From contig JAFVRL010000125.1 of assembly GCA_017504325.1 (NCBI GenBank), forward strand, positions 1 to 29,218: 29,218 nt of DNA. Reading direction: 5' to 3'. The position numbers and the translations under genes are program-made. Below, one piece after another: positions 17,568 to 25,894 of the stretch; the stretch's first letter is position 1, and every line of letters begins with the position of its first letter. The notes under the pieces were generated by a model. The model did not search any database. It was not told where the DNA came from and worked only from the letters and a program-made list of their open reading frames with translations. This DNA comes from Lentisphaeria bacterium (GTDB lineage: Bacteria; Verrucomicrobiota; Lentisphaeria; Victivallales; UBA1829).

Positions 17568-18590
17568 TCAAATACCGCCAAGTCTGATCTGTTCCAATAT
17601 CCAGGGCATCACTTCATCAAGGATTTGAGCAAGAGTCGTTTCCGCTTTGAATCCCAGAAGTTTTTCCGCCTTTTCCACACTGGGAACGCGTTTCTGCACA
17701 TCATACTGGAAAGGGGTGTCGGAAGTGTAACGGAAGGGCTTTTCCCCTTTGTAATACTTGTTCCAGATCAATTCTGCAAGTTCAAGCACGCTTGTGGAGG
17801 TGCCTGTGGACAAGTTGAAATCCTCATTAATGGCTTCCTCTTTTTCAATACACAAACGTATTCCTCTTGCAAGATCGCCGCCGTAGGTATAATGACGGAT
17901 CTGATTGCCGGAACCCAGAATATGCAGAGGATCCTGACCTTTGGCGATCTTCTGCACAAGATCCGGCACAACATGACTCATGGCAAGTTTGATATTGCCG
18001 CTTACGATCTCTTTATCACACAAAGCCCGCTTTTCCCCCGTCCCCACGCAGTTGAAAGGCCGGATGATGGTATAGGGCAATCCATACTGCTCAAAAGCTC
18101 CCTGGGCAAAATATTCACAGGCAAGTTTCTGGAATCCGTAGGTGGAAAGAGGCGGCGGACATTTCCTTTCATCCCCTTCTTTGCTGGGGAAGGAATCAGC
18201 ACACTCATAAACCATACTGGAACTCAATACATTGATCTTTTTGAGTTTCGCATGTTGTTTTGCCCAGATCGCAGTATCGAAAGTAGCAGCAATGATCCTC
18301 TCATTTTCCGCAAGAAGATCATAGGCGAGAGTATGGAAATAGGAGATCCCGCCGATCATGGCAGCTGCCCCTAAAATCTGATCACACTCTTTTGCAAGCT
18401 CCTTCATAAGGGAAAGATCCTTTACATCCCCTTCCACAAAGTGGTAATTGGGGTGTTTATCGTAGGATTTTTCCACCTTGCCGTATTTGGAAAAATTGTC
18501 TATGCCGTAAACGGTATGACCGTGGGCAAGAAGTTCCTCTACAAGATAACCGCATATAAACCCGGCTGAACCGGTGACCAGAATATTCAT
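17568..18590 (-). CDS. NAD-dependent nucleotide-sugar epimerase/dehydratase (extended SDR)
   Basis: ILVTGSAGFI, AAMIGGISYF, catalytic LSSS and YGFQK, IRPFN and R.YTYGGDLA. Confidence 0.9.
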   Translation of the reverse strand: MNILVTGSAGFICGYLVEELLAHGHTVYGIDNFSKYGKVEKSYDKHPNYHFVEGDVKDLSLMKELAKECDQILGAAAMIGGISYFHTLAYDLLAENERIIAATFDTAIWAKQHAKLKKINVLSSSMVYECADSFPSKEGDERKCPPPLSTYGFQKLACEYFAQGAFEQYGLPYTIIRPFNCVGTGEKRALCDKEIVSGNIKLAMSHVVPDLVQKIAKGQDPLHILGSGNQIRHYTYGGDLARGIRLCIEKEEAINEDFNLSTGTSTSVLELAELIWNKYYKGEKPFRYTSDTPFQYDVQKRVPSVEKAEKLLGFKAETTLAQILDEVMPWILEQIRLGGI

Positions 18591-18614
18591 AATATACTTC
18601 CCTGTTGTTTCAGG

Positions 18615-19298
18615 TTATTTCAGGCGGGGGACTTTTCCTGCAAGACGCATCAATTCATTTGTATCCATCACAAGATCAAGACCGCCGTCAGGTCTTACTG
18701 AAAGTTTTTTAACACATTTACCGTATTTCAGCACCTGCGGATGTTTTTCCAGACGGTAAACAAGATGATTTGCCGCTGTTCCCAGAAATGCTCCCGGTGT
18801 ATTGAGACTGCCTGCTTTCAATGTCAGAAGCTGCAATTTTATTTTCCCGTTGTCCACATAAGGAATTGCTTCCATGTAGACATTGAGAGCATTTTTCCCT
18901 TTGGGACGGTTTTTATAGATGTAACAACCTTCCACACAGAGCCGTCCGTTCTTCCAGTGGAAACGGCTCCTTATGCTCCCTTCTTTTGTTTTCATGGATG
19001 AGAACTGGGAGGAAAAATGCAGCAGGGCATTGGTCTCTTTTTCTGTAAAAGAGAGTGTTGCACTGGCAGGAAGGATCCCGTTACGCGGTGCAAAAGCGTT
19101 GGAGATCTTCTTTCCTGCCGTGTTCAGCGGGGAAAAATCCTCAATGGAAAGGACCGGTCCTTCAAAAGGTTTCGGTTTTTCAAAAAGGCGGCTGCTTACG
19201 GAAAAATAAAGAATGATTCCTGTAAGTACAAGAAGAGCAAGAAATGCTCCCGAACCTCCCAGTATCCACAAAAGGATCTTTTTCTTCCGCTGTTCCAT
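18615..19298 (-). CDS. Hypothetical protein with a single N-terminal membrane anchor
   Basis: Basic N-terminus, then a 25-residue hydrophobic segment and a soluble alpha/beta domain; 12- and 24-nt gaps to its neighbours; RBS GGAG. Confidence 0.7.
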   Translation of the reverse strand: MEQRKKKILLWILGGSGAFLALLVLTGIILYFSVSSRLFEKPKPFEGPVLSIEDFSPLNTAGKKISNAFAPRNGILPASATLSFTEKETNALLHFSSQFSSMKTKEGSIRSRFHWKNGRLCVEGCYIYKNRPKGKNALNVYMEAIPYVDNGKIKLQLLTLKAGSLNTPGAFLGTAANHLVYRLEKHPQVLKYGKCVKKLSVRPDGGLDLVMDTNELMRLAGKVPRLK

Positions 19299-19310
19299 AG
19301 AGAGACTCCC

Positions 19311-20246
19311 TTAAAGTTTGCCCACTTCCTTCATCCATTCAAAATTGTCCCGCAAACCGGCTTCCAGATTAATTACCGGTCTCCAGTCAAGATCACGGGC
19401 GGCTTTGGTAATATCCGAACACATGTGCTGACAGACAAAGTCATCAGCGTGACCATATCTTCTTCTCAATTCCGTACGGTCAACAAATTCCAGTTTTGCA
19501 GTTGTGCCGAAGATTTTGGCGATCATACGCACATAATCCTTGATCATCAGACTCCAGTCCCCGCCGATATTATAGACCTCGCCAATGGTAAAAGGTCTCT
19601 GCGCACAGGCAAGGAAGGCTCTTCCCAGATCCTCCACATGACCGGGCTGAAGCAACGCTCTGCCGTTTTCAGATACTTCCACAACTTCCCCGCGGATGAT
19701 GCGTTTGAAATATTCCGGATTTCTTCCTCCCAGACCGTCCAGAGGCACATCCCCTCTGCCGTACACATTGCTCATACGCAGAATGGACATGGGGAAACGC
19801 TTTTCATTGTAAGCGCGCTGCAAACACTCGTCCTGCTTGATCTTGTAATTGAAAATGCGTTCCTCCACTTCCCCTTCCTTTTCCGATTCGGACTGCATCA
19901 TAGGCAGCCACTCCGGAGCAGGGATCCTCCGGGCGTCTCCATAGACACCGATGGAGCCGGTATGGATAAAATGTCCCACATCCGTTCCCAGAGTATCAAT
20001 AATATACTGGAGATCTTCCGCATCAAGAATGGTATCCACCATAATATCCCAGGGACGACCTTTCAGGACTTTGGCAAAATTTTCCTTATCTTTTCTGTCG
20101 CACTGGAAAGAACCGGCGATCCCGTCAAGATTGGCACGGGTGCCCCGGTTCATCACATAAACATTGTAAATACCTGCCTTCAGAAAGTTTTCCACAATAG
20201 CTTTCCCCAGAAAACGGGAACCGCCGATAACAAGTACGTTCATCAT
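19311..20246 (-). CDS. Atypical SDR / NAD-dependent epimerase-dehydratase family protein
   Basis: VLVIGGSRFLG, HTGSIGVYG, ILRMSNVYG and PGHVEDL; no clean YxxxK motif (region reads IFNYKIKQD). Confidence 0.85.
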   Translation of the reverse strand: MMNVLVIGGSRFLGKAIVENFLKAGIYNVYVMNRGTRANLDGIAGSFQCDRKDKENFAKVLKGRPWDIMVDTILDAEDLQYIIDTLGTDVGHFIHTGSIGVYGDARRIPAPEWLPMMQSESEKEGEVEERIFNYKIKQDECLQRAYNEKRFPMSILRMSNVYGRGDVPLDGLGGRNPEYFKRIIRGEVVEVSENGRALLQPGHVEDLGRAFLACAQRPFTIGEVYNIGGDWSLMIKDYVRMIAKIFGTTAKLEFVDRTELRRRYGHADDFVCQHMCSDITKAARDLDWRPVINLEAGLRDNFEWMKEVGKL

Positions 20247-20267
20247 ATTTCTTACCTCAAAACTTTC

Positions 20268-21131
20268 TTATGCAAGTTTCTTCCGCAGGAAGTCCACAGC
20301 CATTTTGATGTCGCCCACAGGATTTTCCCCGCACTCTCTTTCCACAGTAAGGAATCCATCGTAACCGATCTCTTTGAGGGCGGCAATATAGGCATCCCAG
20401 GGAACCATTCCATGACCCAGGGGTACTTCCTTGAAACCGGCGGCACGGGCGGAAATATCCCGCATTGTTCCGTCAGGATTCCGCAGGCCATAGAATTTTG
20501 CGGCACTTCCCACATAAAGATTGATGGCATCTTTGGCATGGGTATGCACGATATAGGGGGCAAGGGTTTTCACGGCATACACAGGATCTTCACAGGAAAC
20601 ACCCCGGAGGTTGGCAGGGTCAAGGTTCACCCCGATACCTTTGGAATTGATGTCTTCAATAAAACTTTTCAATACATCTGCAAGTTCCGGACCTGTTTCA
20701 ATGGCAAATACGCAACCTTTGGAGGCGGCATATTCGGCAAGCGTACGCACGTGTTTAAGCATGGTGGGATAGACAGGATCCTGTTTGCTTTCCGGAATAT
20801 GCCCCACATGGGTGGTCACCACTTTTACGCCAAGTTTAGCAGTATTGTCAATGATCTTTTTAGTCATTTCCACTCTTTCAAGAGCTTCAGATTCCACCTG
20901 AAAGGAATTGCCGCCCACATCACCGCAGATGGCACTTATGACAATATTGTTTTTACGGCATTTTTCCTGTAGATCTTTGAGTTCTTCATCGGTACAGCTG
21001 GTAAGGTCGATCCCGCCTTCAGGATGCCGGGCATAAAGCTGTACGCCGTCCACTTTCAGATCCTGTCCGGCAAAATCCAGATCCTCATCCAAAGGTTTAC
21101 GCAAAAGTTCTGCAATGACTCCGATTTTCAT
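20268..21131 (-). CDS. Sugar phosphate isomerase/epimerase (xylose isomerase-like TIM barrel)
   Basis: FAIETGPE, GVNLDPANL, HTHAKD, VPLGHGMVPW and FLTVERE metal ligands; RBS AGGAG. Confidence 0.88.
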   Translation of the reverse strand: MKIGVIAELLRKPLDEDLDFAGQDLKVDGVQLYARHPEGGIDLTSCTDEELKDLQEKCRKNNIVISAICGDVGGNSFQVESEALERVEMTKKIIDNTAKLGVKVVTTHVGHIPESKQDPVYPTMLKHVRTLAEYAASKGCVFAIETGPELADVLKSFIEDINSKGIGVNLDPANLRGVSCEDPVYAVKTLAPYIVHTHAKDAINLYVGSAAKFYGLRNPDGTMRDISARAAGFKEVPLGHGMVPWDAYIAALKEIGYDGFLTVERECGENPVGDIKMAVDFLRKKLA

Positions 21132-21247
21132 TTTTATTCTCCTGTTTGTGTTTTACATTTTTAATAGATAATACAACTACTTTATCTCCATTTTTCTCAA
21201 AGTCAATTCTTCTTGGAAGAAAATAAAGAAAAATCCTTCAAAAAAAC

Positions 21248-21276
21248 TTGACAAGCGTATTACTTTGTATTACCTT
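21248..21276 (+). promoter_or_regulatory. Sigma70 promoter TTGACA-N17-TACCTT with a tandem GTATTAC operator-like repeat
   Basis: -35 at 21248-53 and -10 at 21271-76; GTATTAC at 21257-63 and 21267-73 (10-bp period) covers the spacer and the -10. Confidence 0.7.
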
Positions 21277-21301
21277 ATAAGCAAAGACAAGGAGAAAGAT
21301 C

Positions 21302-21634
21302 ATGTCAACAGAGAAAAAATCCGCAGTCATCACCTTCAAAGCGGAAGGGGAGATGCTGGAGGCTTTGAATAATGTACCGAACCGGTCGGAGTTTATAAGG
21401 GCTGCATTGCTGAACGCGCTTTCCGAAACCTGTCCCTTATGCGGAGGGGCCGGCTTTCTCAATGCCAAACAGCGTCAGCATTGGGAAGATTTCACCAGAC
21501 TGCATACTGTCCGGCATTGCCGCAAATGCGATGCCCTCACCTTTGAATGCCGGGATCATGCCGGAAGCAGGGGGGAAAACAATAAATGCAGGGAACATAA
21601 ACACCATAAAGATAAAGAGGAGTGCTGTCAATGA
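21302..21634 (+). CDS. Ribbon-helix-helix (CopG/NikR-like) protein with a Cys/His-rich C-terminal metal-binding domain
   Basis: N-terminal strand AVITFKA plus helices (NRSEFIRAALLNAL), then CPLC...H...H..HCRKC...C..H and a HKHH..ECC tail; RBS AAGGAG; its stop overlaps the znuA ATG (ATGA). Confidence 0.75.
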   Translation: MSTEKKSAVITFKAEGEMLEALNNVPNRSEFIRAALLNALSETCPLCGGAGFLNAKQRQHWEDFTRLHTVRHCRKCDALTFECRDHAGSRGENNKCREHKHHKDKEECCQ

Positions 21635-22602
21635 AAAAAATCCTGATCCGTTTCTGCTTTTCCATACTGTTTCTTTTTCCGTTTTTTCTTTCCGGAGCGC
21701 CGGGAGGAAAAAATATTCTCTGCACCACGTTCCCCATCTATCTGTTTACCAGGAATATAACCAAAGGGATCAAAGATGTGAAAGTATCTCTTCTCATTCC
21801 TCCCGGTACAGGATGTCCCCATGATTATACTGTCACTCCCGGCGATATGCGGAAACTTGCAGCAAAAAATATGATCCTTGTGATAAATGGTGCTTCTCTG
21901 GATGATTTTTTTCTCAAGACTGTTAAAAAGGTCAATCCAAATGCGGTGATCATTGATTCTTCCAGAGAGATCGATCTTTCTTCCGCCGCCCCCGGTGATG
22001 CTCACAACCACCATCACCATCATCATACCCCCTCCTGCAATTCCTGCGGGACTCACGGGGATGACTCTTCCGCTGGAACAAAAAGCGGCAATCCCCATCT
22101 TTTTGCCTCTCCCTTTACAGCAAGAAGTGTAGTGAAAAATATCGGGGAAGGGTTGGAAGATGCGGATCCGGCACATGCCTCCTTCTACCATAAAAACACA
22201 GCAGAATACATTGAAAAACTCAATAAACTCTGCGGAGAATTTTCCCGTCTTGCCAAAACGTTCCGTATAAGAAAGATCGTTACCCAGCACAGTGTTTTTG
22301 ATTATCTTGCCGCCCATCTGCATTTGCAGATCACAGGCAATATCAATGAGGGAAATGAAAATTCCCTCAATGCAAGGGATATGCTCCGTCTTATAGGAAA
22401 GATCAAACGGGAAAAAGCCGGAGCCATTTTTACCGAACCGCAGTACTCCTCCCGAACTGCCCAGATCATTGCCAGAGAGTGCAAGATCCCTTTTGCGGAA
22501 CTTGACCCTGTTGCCAATGGCCCTGTAAATGCTCCTTTGGATCATTATGAAAAAGTCATGGAGAAAAACCTTGCCACAATGAGGAAGGTGCTTGTGCCAT
22601 GA
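21631..22602 (+). CDS. znuA: Zn-type metal ABC transporter substrate-binding protein
   Basis: Signal peptide; ligands CPHDY, NPHLF, TQH and LDP (three His, typical of Zn rather than Mn binders); His-rich loop HNHHHHHH; FTEPQ. Confidence 0.85.
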   Translation: MKKILIRFCFSILFLFPFFLSGAPGGKNILCTTFPIYLFTRNITKGIKDVKVSLLIPPGTGCPHDYTVTPGDMRKLAAKNMILVINGASLDDFFLKTVKKVNPNAVIIDSSREIDLSSAAPGDAHNHHHHHHTPSCNSCGTHGDDSSAGTKSGNPHLFASPFTARSVVKNIGEGLEDADPAHASFYHKNTAEYIEKLNKLCGEFSRLAKTFRIRKIVTQHSVFDYLAAHLHLQITGNINEGNENSLNARDMLRLIGKIKREKAGAIFTEPQYSSRTAQIIARECKIPFAELDPVANGPVNAPLDHYEKVMEKNLATMRKVLVP

Positions 22603-23432
22603 AATTTTCAGATGAACACAAAAACTGCGCCTGCTGTCATGTCCATCCGGCTGCCGTAAAGATCGAAGAGGTCTCTGTAAAGCTCGGAGGTGTGAATATT
22701 CTTGAAAATGTATGTTTTCATGTGCCGCAGGGAGTTTGCACCGCCATTGTCGGACCCAACGGAGCCGGAAAGACCACTCTTGTGAAAGCTCTTCTGGGAG
22801 ATGTAACTCATACAGGAAAAATCCTTTTCCGGCAGAAAAACAGGGAGGATTTTTCAGAAAAACGCCCTGTTTTCGGGTATGTCCCCCAGCGTTTGCAGTT
22901 TGACCGGCTTCTGCCCCTTACGGTAATGGAGTTCCTTGCCTGTTCCTTTTGTTTCCGTCCGGTATTTTTCGGTATTTCCCGTTCTTTCCGGAGCATGGCG
23001 GAAGAGTATCTGAATGAAGTGGACTGCATAAGAGTGAAGGACCGGAAACTTGGAGCTTTATCCGGCGGGGAACTGCAGAGAGTGCTTCTTGCTCTTGCGC
23101 TTATGAGAAAACCGGAGATCCTTATACTGGATGAACCTGCGGCAGGAGTGGATTTCAAAGGGGAGAAACTTTGCTGTGAATTATTGGAAATGTTCCGTAA
23201 AAAACAGAATTTCACTCAAATTATGGTAAGTCACGATCTTTCCACCGTTGCCGCCCACGCTGCTCATGTAGTCTGCATCAATCATCAGGTCTATGCGGAA
23301 GGCGATCCGGAAAAAGTATTGACTTCCCGGGCATTGCTGGATACATTCGGATTGCACATGGGAATGGTGGATCTGCATAAAAACTGTCACTGTTCAGGTA
23401 CTTCACACGGGGGAGGAAATGAAAAATGCTGA
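22599..23432 (+). CDS. znuC: Metal ABC transporter ATP-binding protein
   Basis: GPNGAGKTT, YVPQR, LSGGELQR, LILDEP and VSHDL; ATGA overlap with znuA. Confidence 0.88.
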   Translation: MKFSDEHKNCACCHVHPAAVKIEEVSVKLGGVNILENVCFHVPQGVCTAIVGPNGAGKTTLVKALLGDVTHTGKILFRQKNREDFSEKRPVFGYVPQRLQFDRLLPLTVMEFLACSFCFRPVFFGISRSFRSMAEEYLNEVDCIRVKDRKLGALSGGELQRVLLALALMRKPEILILDEPAAGVDFKGEKLCCELLEMFRKKQNFTQIMVSHDLSTVAAHAAHVVCINHQVYAEGDPEKVLTSRALLDTFGLHMGMVDLHKNCHCSGTSHGGGNEKC

Positions 23433-24280
23433 CACATTTTTATGATTTTCTCTGTTCGGCAGTTGCTCTCATTCCGCTGGAATGTATGCAGATGCGTTTC
23501 ATGCAGGAAGCGTTTATCGGTATATTACTTCTTGCCCCGCTGACCGCTGCTGCCGGAATACAGGTGGTGAATTTCCGTATGGCGTTTTTCTCTGATGCCA
23601 TCGGACACAGCGTTTTTGCCGGAGTGGCAATAGGATTGCTTCTTTCTGTATCCCCGGCAGTAAGTATGCCGGTAACAGCATTGATCGTGGGGGGCGGTAT
23701 CATGCTTATGAAACGCTGTTCCCGTCTTTCATCTGATACAGTCATCGGTGTATTTTATTCAGCGGTTGCAGCGGCGGGACTTGCTCTTATCAGCCGCAAT
23801 CCCAATGTGGCAAGGGATATGCAGACCTTCCTCTATGGGGATATTCTTACCATTTCCGGAGGGGAGATCGCCTATCTTTTCATCCTTTCTGTTGCATTTT
23901 ATATTTTCCAGATCTTTGCTTTCAACAAACTTATGATCATCGGACTGGATGAGAAACTTGCAAAGGCACACCGGATCAAAACTGCCTTGTATGAGTTCAT
24001 TTATGTGGCACTTCTTGCACTTACAGTCATTGTAGCAGTTCGGGCAGCGGGGGTATTGCTTGTAACGGCACTGCTTATTGTGCCGTCTGCAGCGGCGCGG
24101 AATCTTGCCTCCAGTGCGGGAAAGATGTTCTTTCTTGCACTGGCAACAGGCTTGTTTTCCGGGATTACAGGTTTACTGCTTTCTGCACAGGAATCCATCA
24201 ATGCTTCTTCCGGAGCCATGATCGTGCTTGTAGCAAGTGCCATATTTCTTGTTACGCTTTTTCTGCAGAAGAAAGGATAA
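23426..24280 (+). CDS. znuB: Metal ABC transporter permease (ABC-3)
   Basis: MAFFSDAIGHSVFAG, LYGDIL, GVLLVTALLIVPSAAAR and SGAMIVL; multiple TM segments; overlaps the end of znuC. Confidence 0.88.
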   Translation: MLTHFYDFLCSAVALIPLECMQMRFMQEAFIGILLLAPLTAAAGIQVVNFRMAFFSDAIGHSVFAGVAIGLLLSVSPAVSMPVTALIVGGGIMLMKRCSRLSSDTVIGVFYSAVAAAGLALISRNPNVARDMQTFLYGDILTISGGEIAYLFILSVAFYIFQIFAFNKLMIIGLDEKLAKAHRIKTALYEFIYVALLALTVIVAVRAAGVLLVTALLIVPSAAARNLASSAGKMFFLALATGLFSGITGLLLSAQESINASSGAMIVLVASAIFLVTLFLQKKG

Positions 24281-24323
24281 ATCACCCGAACCGGATCCTG
24301 TCAGAAATACAAAACGGGCAGGA

Positions 24324-25112
24324 TCATGCCATTTGCAGGTCGATCAGGCGTAAAAAATTCTCCCGGAAAATCATTCTTCTTTCCTCGTCTGTAAGGTGTT
24401 CAAAAAGAACTGCCGCAACATACATACCGCAATTCATCACAGGGAAATCCGTTCCGAAGAGGATCCTTTCAGGTCCCAGCATCTCCACACCTTTCTTCAG
24501 CATACCCCATCTGGTAAGTCCGGTTCCGGAAATATCAAAATACAAATTGGGATATTTCTGTGCAAGAGTATAATTGCCAACGATAGAAGCATACCCGGGA
24601 TGTGCCACAAGCAGTTTCAGACGGGGAAAGTTTTTGACGATCATTTCAATATCTTCCAGATCGCTGTTATGATGGATATTCAGAACCATTCCCAGATCCT
24701 GGGCAAGCTCCATGACCTGAAGCAGTCCTCCGGCATAATATTTTGTATAATTCATCACATAACCGGCAATTTCCCCTACCATACGGAAACCCATATCATA
24801 AAATTTCTGTACTTCCGCACAGGATTCCTCCGGGAAATTGGGATGGACATTTACTCCGGGCAGAAATTGATCCGGATAGGCATTATGGACTTCCAGCACC
24901 CTTCTGTTACACTCTTTTATCACAGAAAAATCGCTGCCGTCATTATGAATATTGAATGCGCCGCAGTTGAGAACGATCCCCGCCCGTTTCTGTTCAGCAA
25001 AAAATTCATCATAATTTACCGGAATATCCAGCCCGAAATCCCGGTCATGGGCAAGATAAGGGTGCATGTGGGCGTCAATGATGCCATATTCGGGCAGATC
25101 CATAAATTTCAT
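24324..25112 (-). CDS. Amidohydrolase family 2 metallo-hydrolase (TIM barrel)
   Basis: IIDAHMHP (HxH), VGEI, NIHH, VAHPG and LFGTDFP. The start is moved to ATG 25112 (MKFMDLP) behind GGAG. Confidence 0.85.
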   Translation of the reverse strand: MKFMDLPEYGIIDAHMHPYLAHDRDFGLDIPVNYDEFFAEQKRAGIVLNCGAFNIHNDGSDFSVIKECNRRVLEVHNAYPDQFLPGVNVHPNFPEESCAEVQKFYDMGFRMVGEIAGYVMNYTKYYAGGLLQVMELAQDLGMVLNIHHNSDLEDIEMIVKNFPRLKLLVAHPGYASIVGNYTLAQKYPNLYFDISGTGLTRWGMLKKGVEMLGPERILFGTDFPVMNCGMYVAAVLFEHLTDEERRMIFRENFLRLIDLQMA

Positions 25113-25410
25113 TTGTTTTTTCTCCAGTATTCCATACATTCCCATTCGGCAAAAAATTGCAATTTTCAGCAGAAAAATATAATCTTCTTTAATGTACTTT
25201 TTTTCTGTGGAAAATACAAACGGAAAAACTGTATATTTCCTGTTTTTTCTGTTGACAGAAAGTTCCGGCAACTCTTTTTTTCCTGCAAAAATTTTATACA
25301 GCAACAGAATTTTTTAACAGAAACCGGGAATTATTTTCTGCTGAAAACTTGAATTTTGCATTTTCAGATATATATTCATAAAAGGAAATCAAACAACAGG
25401 AGTATAAAAT

Positions 25411-25818
25411 ATGCAGAAACTGCCCGGCGGCAACGAAACCATCCTTCTTGTGGACGATCAGGAAACGGTATGGGACTTTCTTATTGAGGCATTACAGAAT
25501 CTGGGGTATTCTGTTATTCTTGCGGAAAACGGGTTGGATGCTGTGGAGATCTGCAAGGAAAATCCCGGAGAGATCGATCTGGTGCTGTTGGATATGATCA
25601 TGCCGAAACTTGGCGGTCATGGGGCTTTTTACCAGATCAAAGCCGTGGATCCCAATATCAAGATCCTTCTTTCCAGCGGTTTTGTGGCACAGGAGGCAGT
25701 GGATGATCTTCTGGCGAACGGGGCAGCAGGTTTTCTGCCGAAACCTCACAGGATCAAAACTCTTGCAGAAGAGTTGCGCCGTATTCTGGATGGGGATAAC
25801 GCTCCTGCAAAGCAATGA
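25411..25818 (+). CDS. Stand-alone response regulator receiver domain protein
   Basis: ILLVDDQ, LLDMIMP (phospho-Asp), LLSSG and FLPKP; no output domain; RBS AGGAG. Confidence 0.9.
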   Translation: MQKLPGGNETILLVDDQETVWDFLIEALQNLGYSVILAENGLDAVEICKENPGEIDLVLLDMIMPKLGGHGAFYQIKAVDPNIKILLSSGFVAQEAVDDLLANGAAGFLPKPHRIKTLAEELRRILDGDNAPAKQ

Positions 25819-25839
25819 AGAGTTTTTTAAACTCAACAG

Positions 25840-25877
25840 AAAAGACCGGATGGAATTTTTCCCCTTCCGGTCTTTTT
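25840..25877. terminator. Bidirectional intrinsic terminator
   Basis: AAAAGACCGGA(25840-50)/TCCGGTCTTTT(25866-76) between the convergent receiver and MBL genes. Confidence 0.7.
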
Positions 25878-25894
25878 GTCTGCTGAAAAAATCC

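Noticed and set aside
19017-20972. 651-aa plus-strand ORF (also 10986-12365, 17625-18374, 21628-22545, 24396-25352 and 28467-29207)
   Set aside because: These are antisense shadows of well-supported genes and contain no recognisable domains.
24294-24325. GATCCTGTC/GGCAGGATC hairpin between znuB and the amidohydrolase gene
   Set aside because: It has a 14-nt loop, no U tract on either strand and overlaps a stop codon; too weak to call a terminator.
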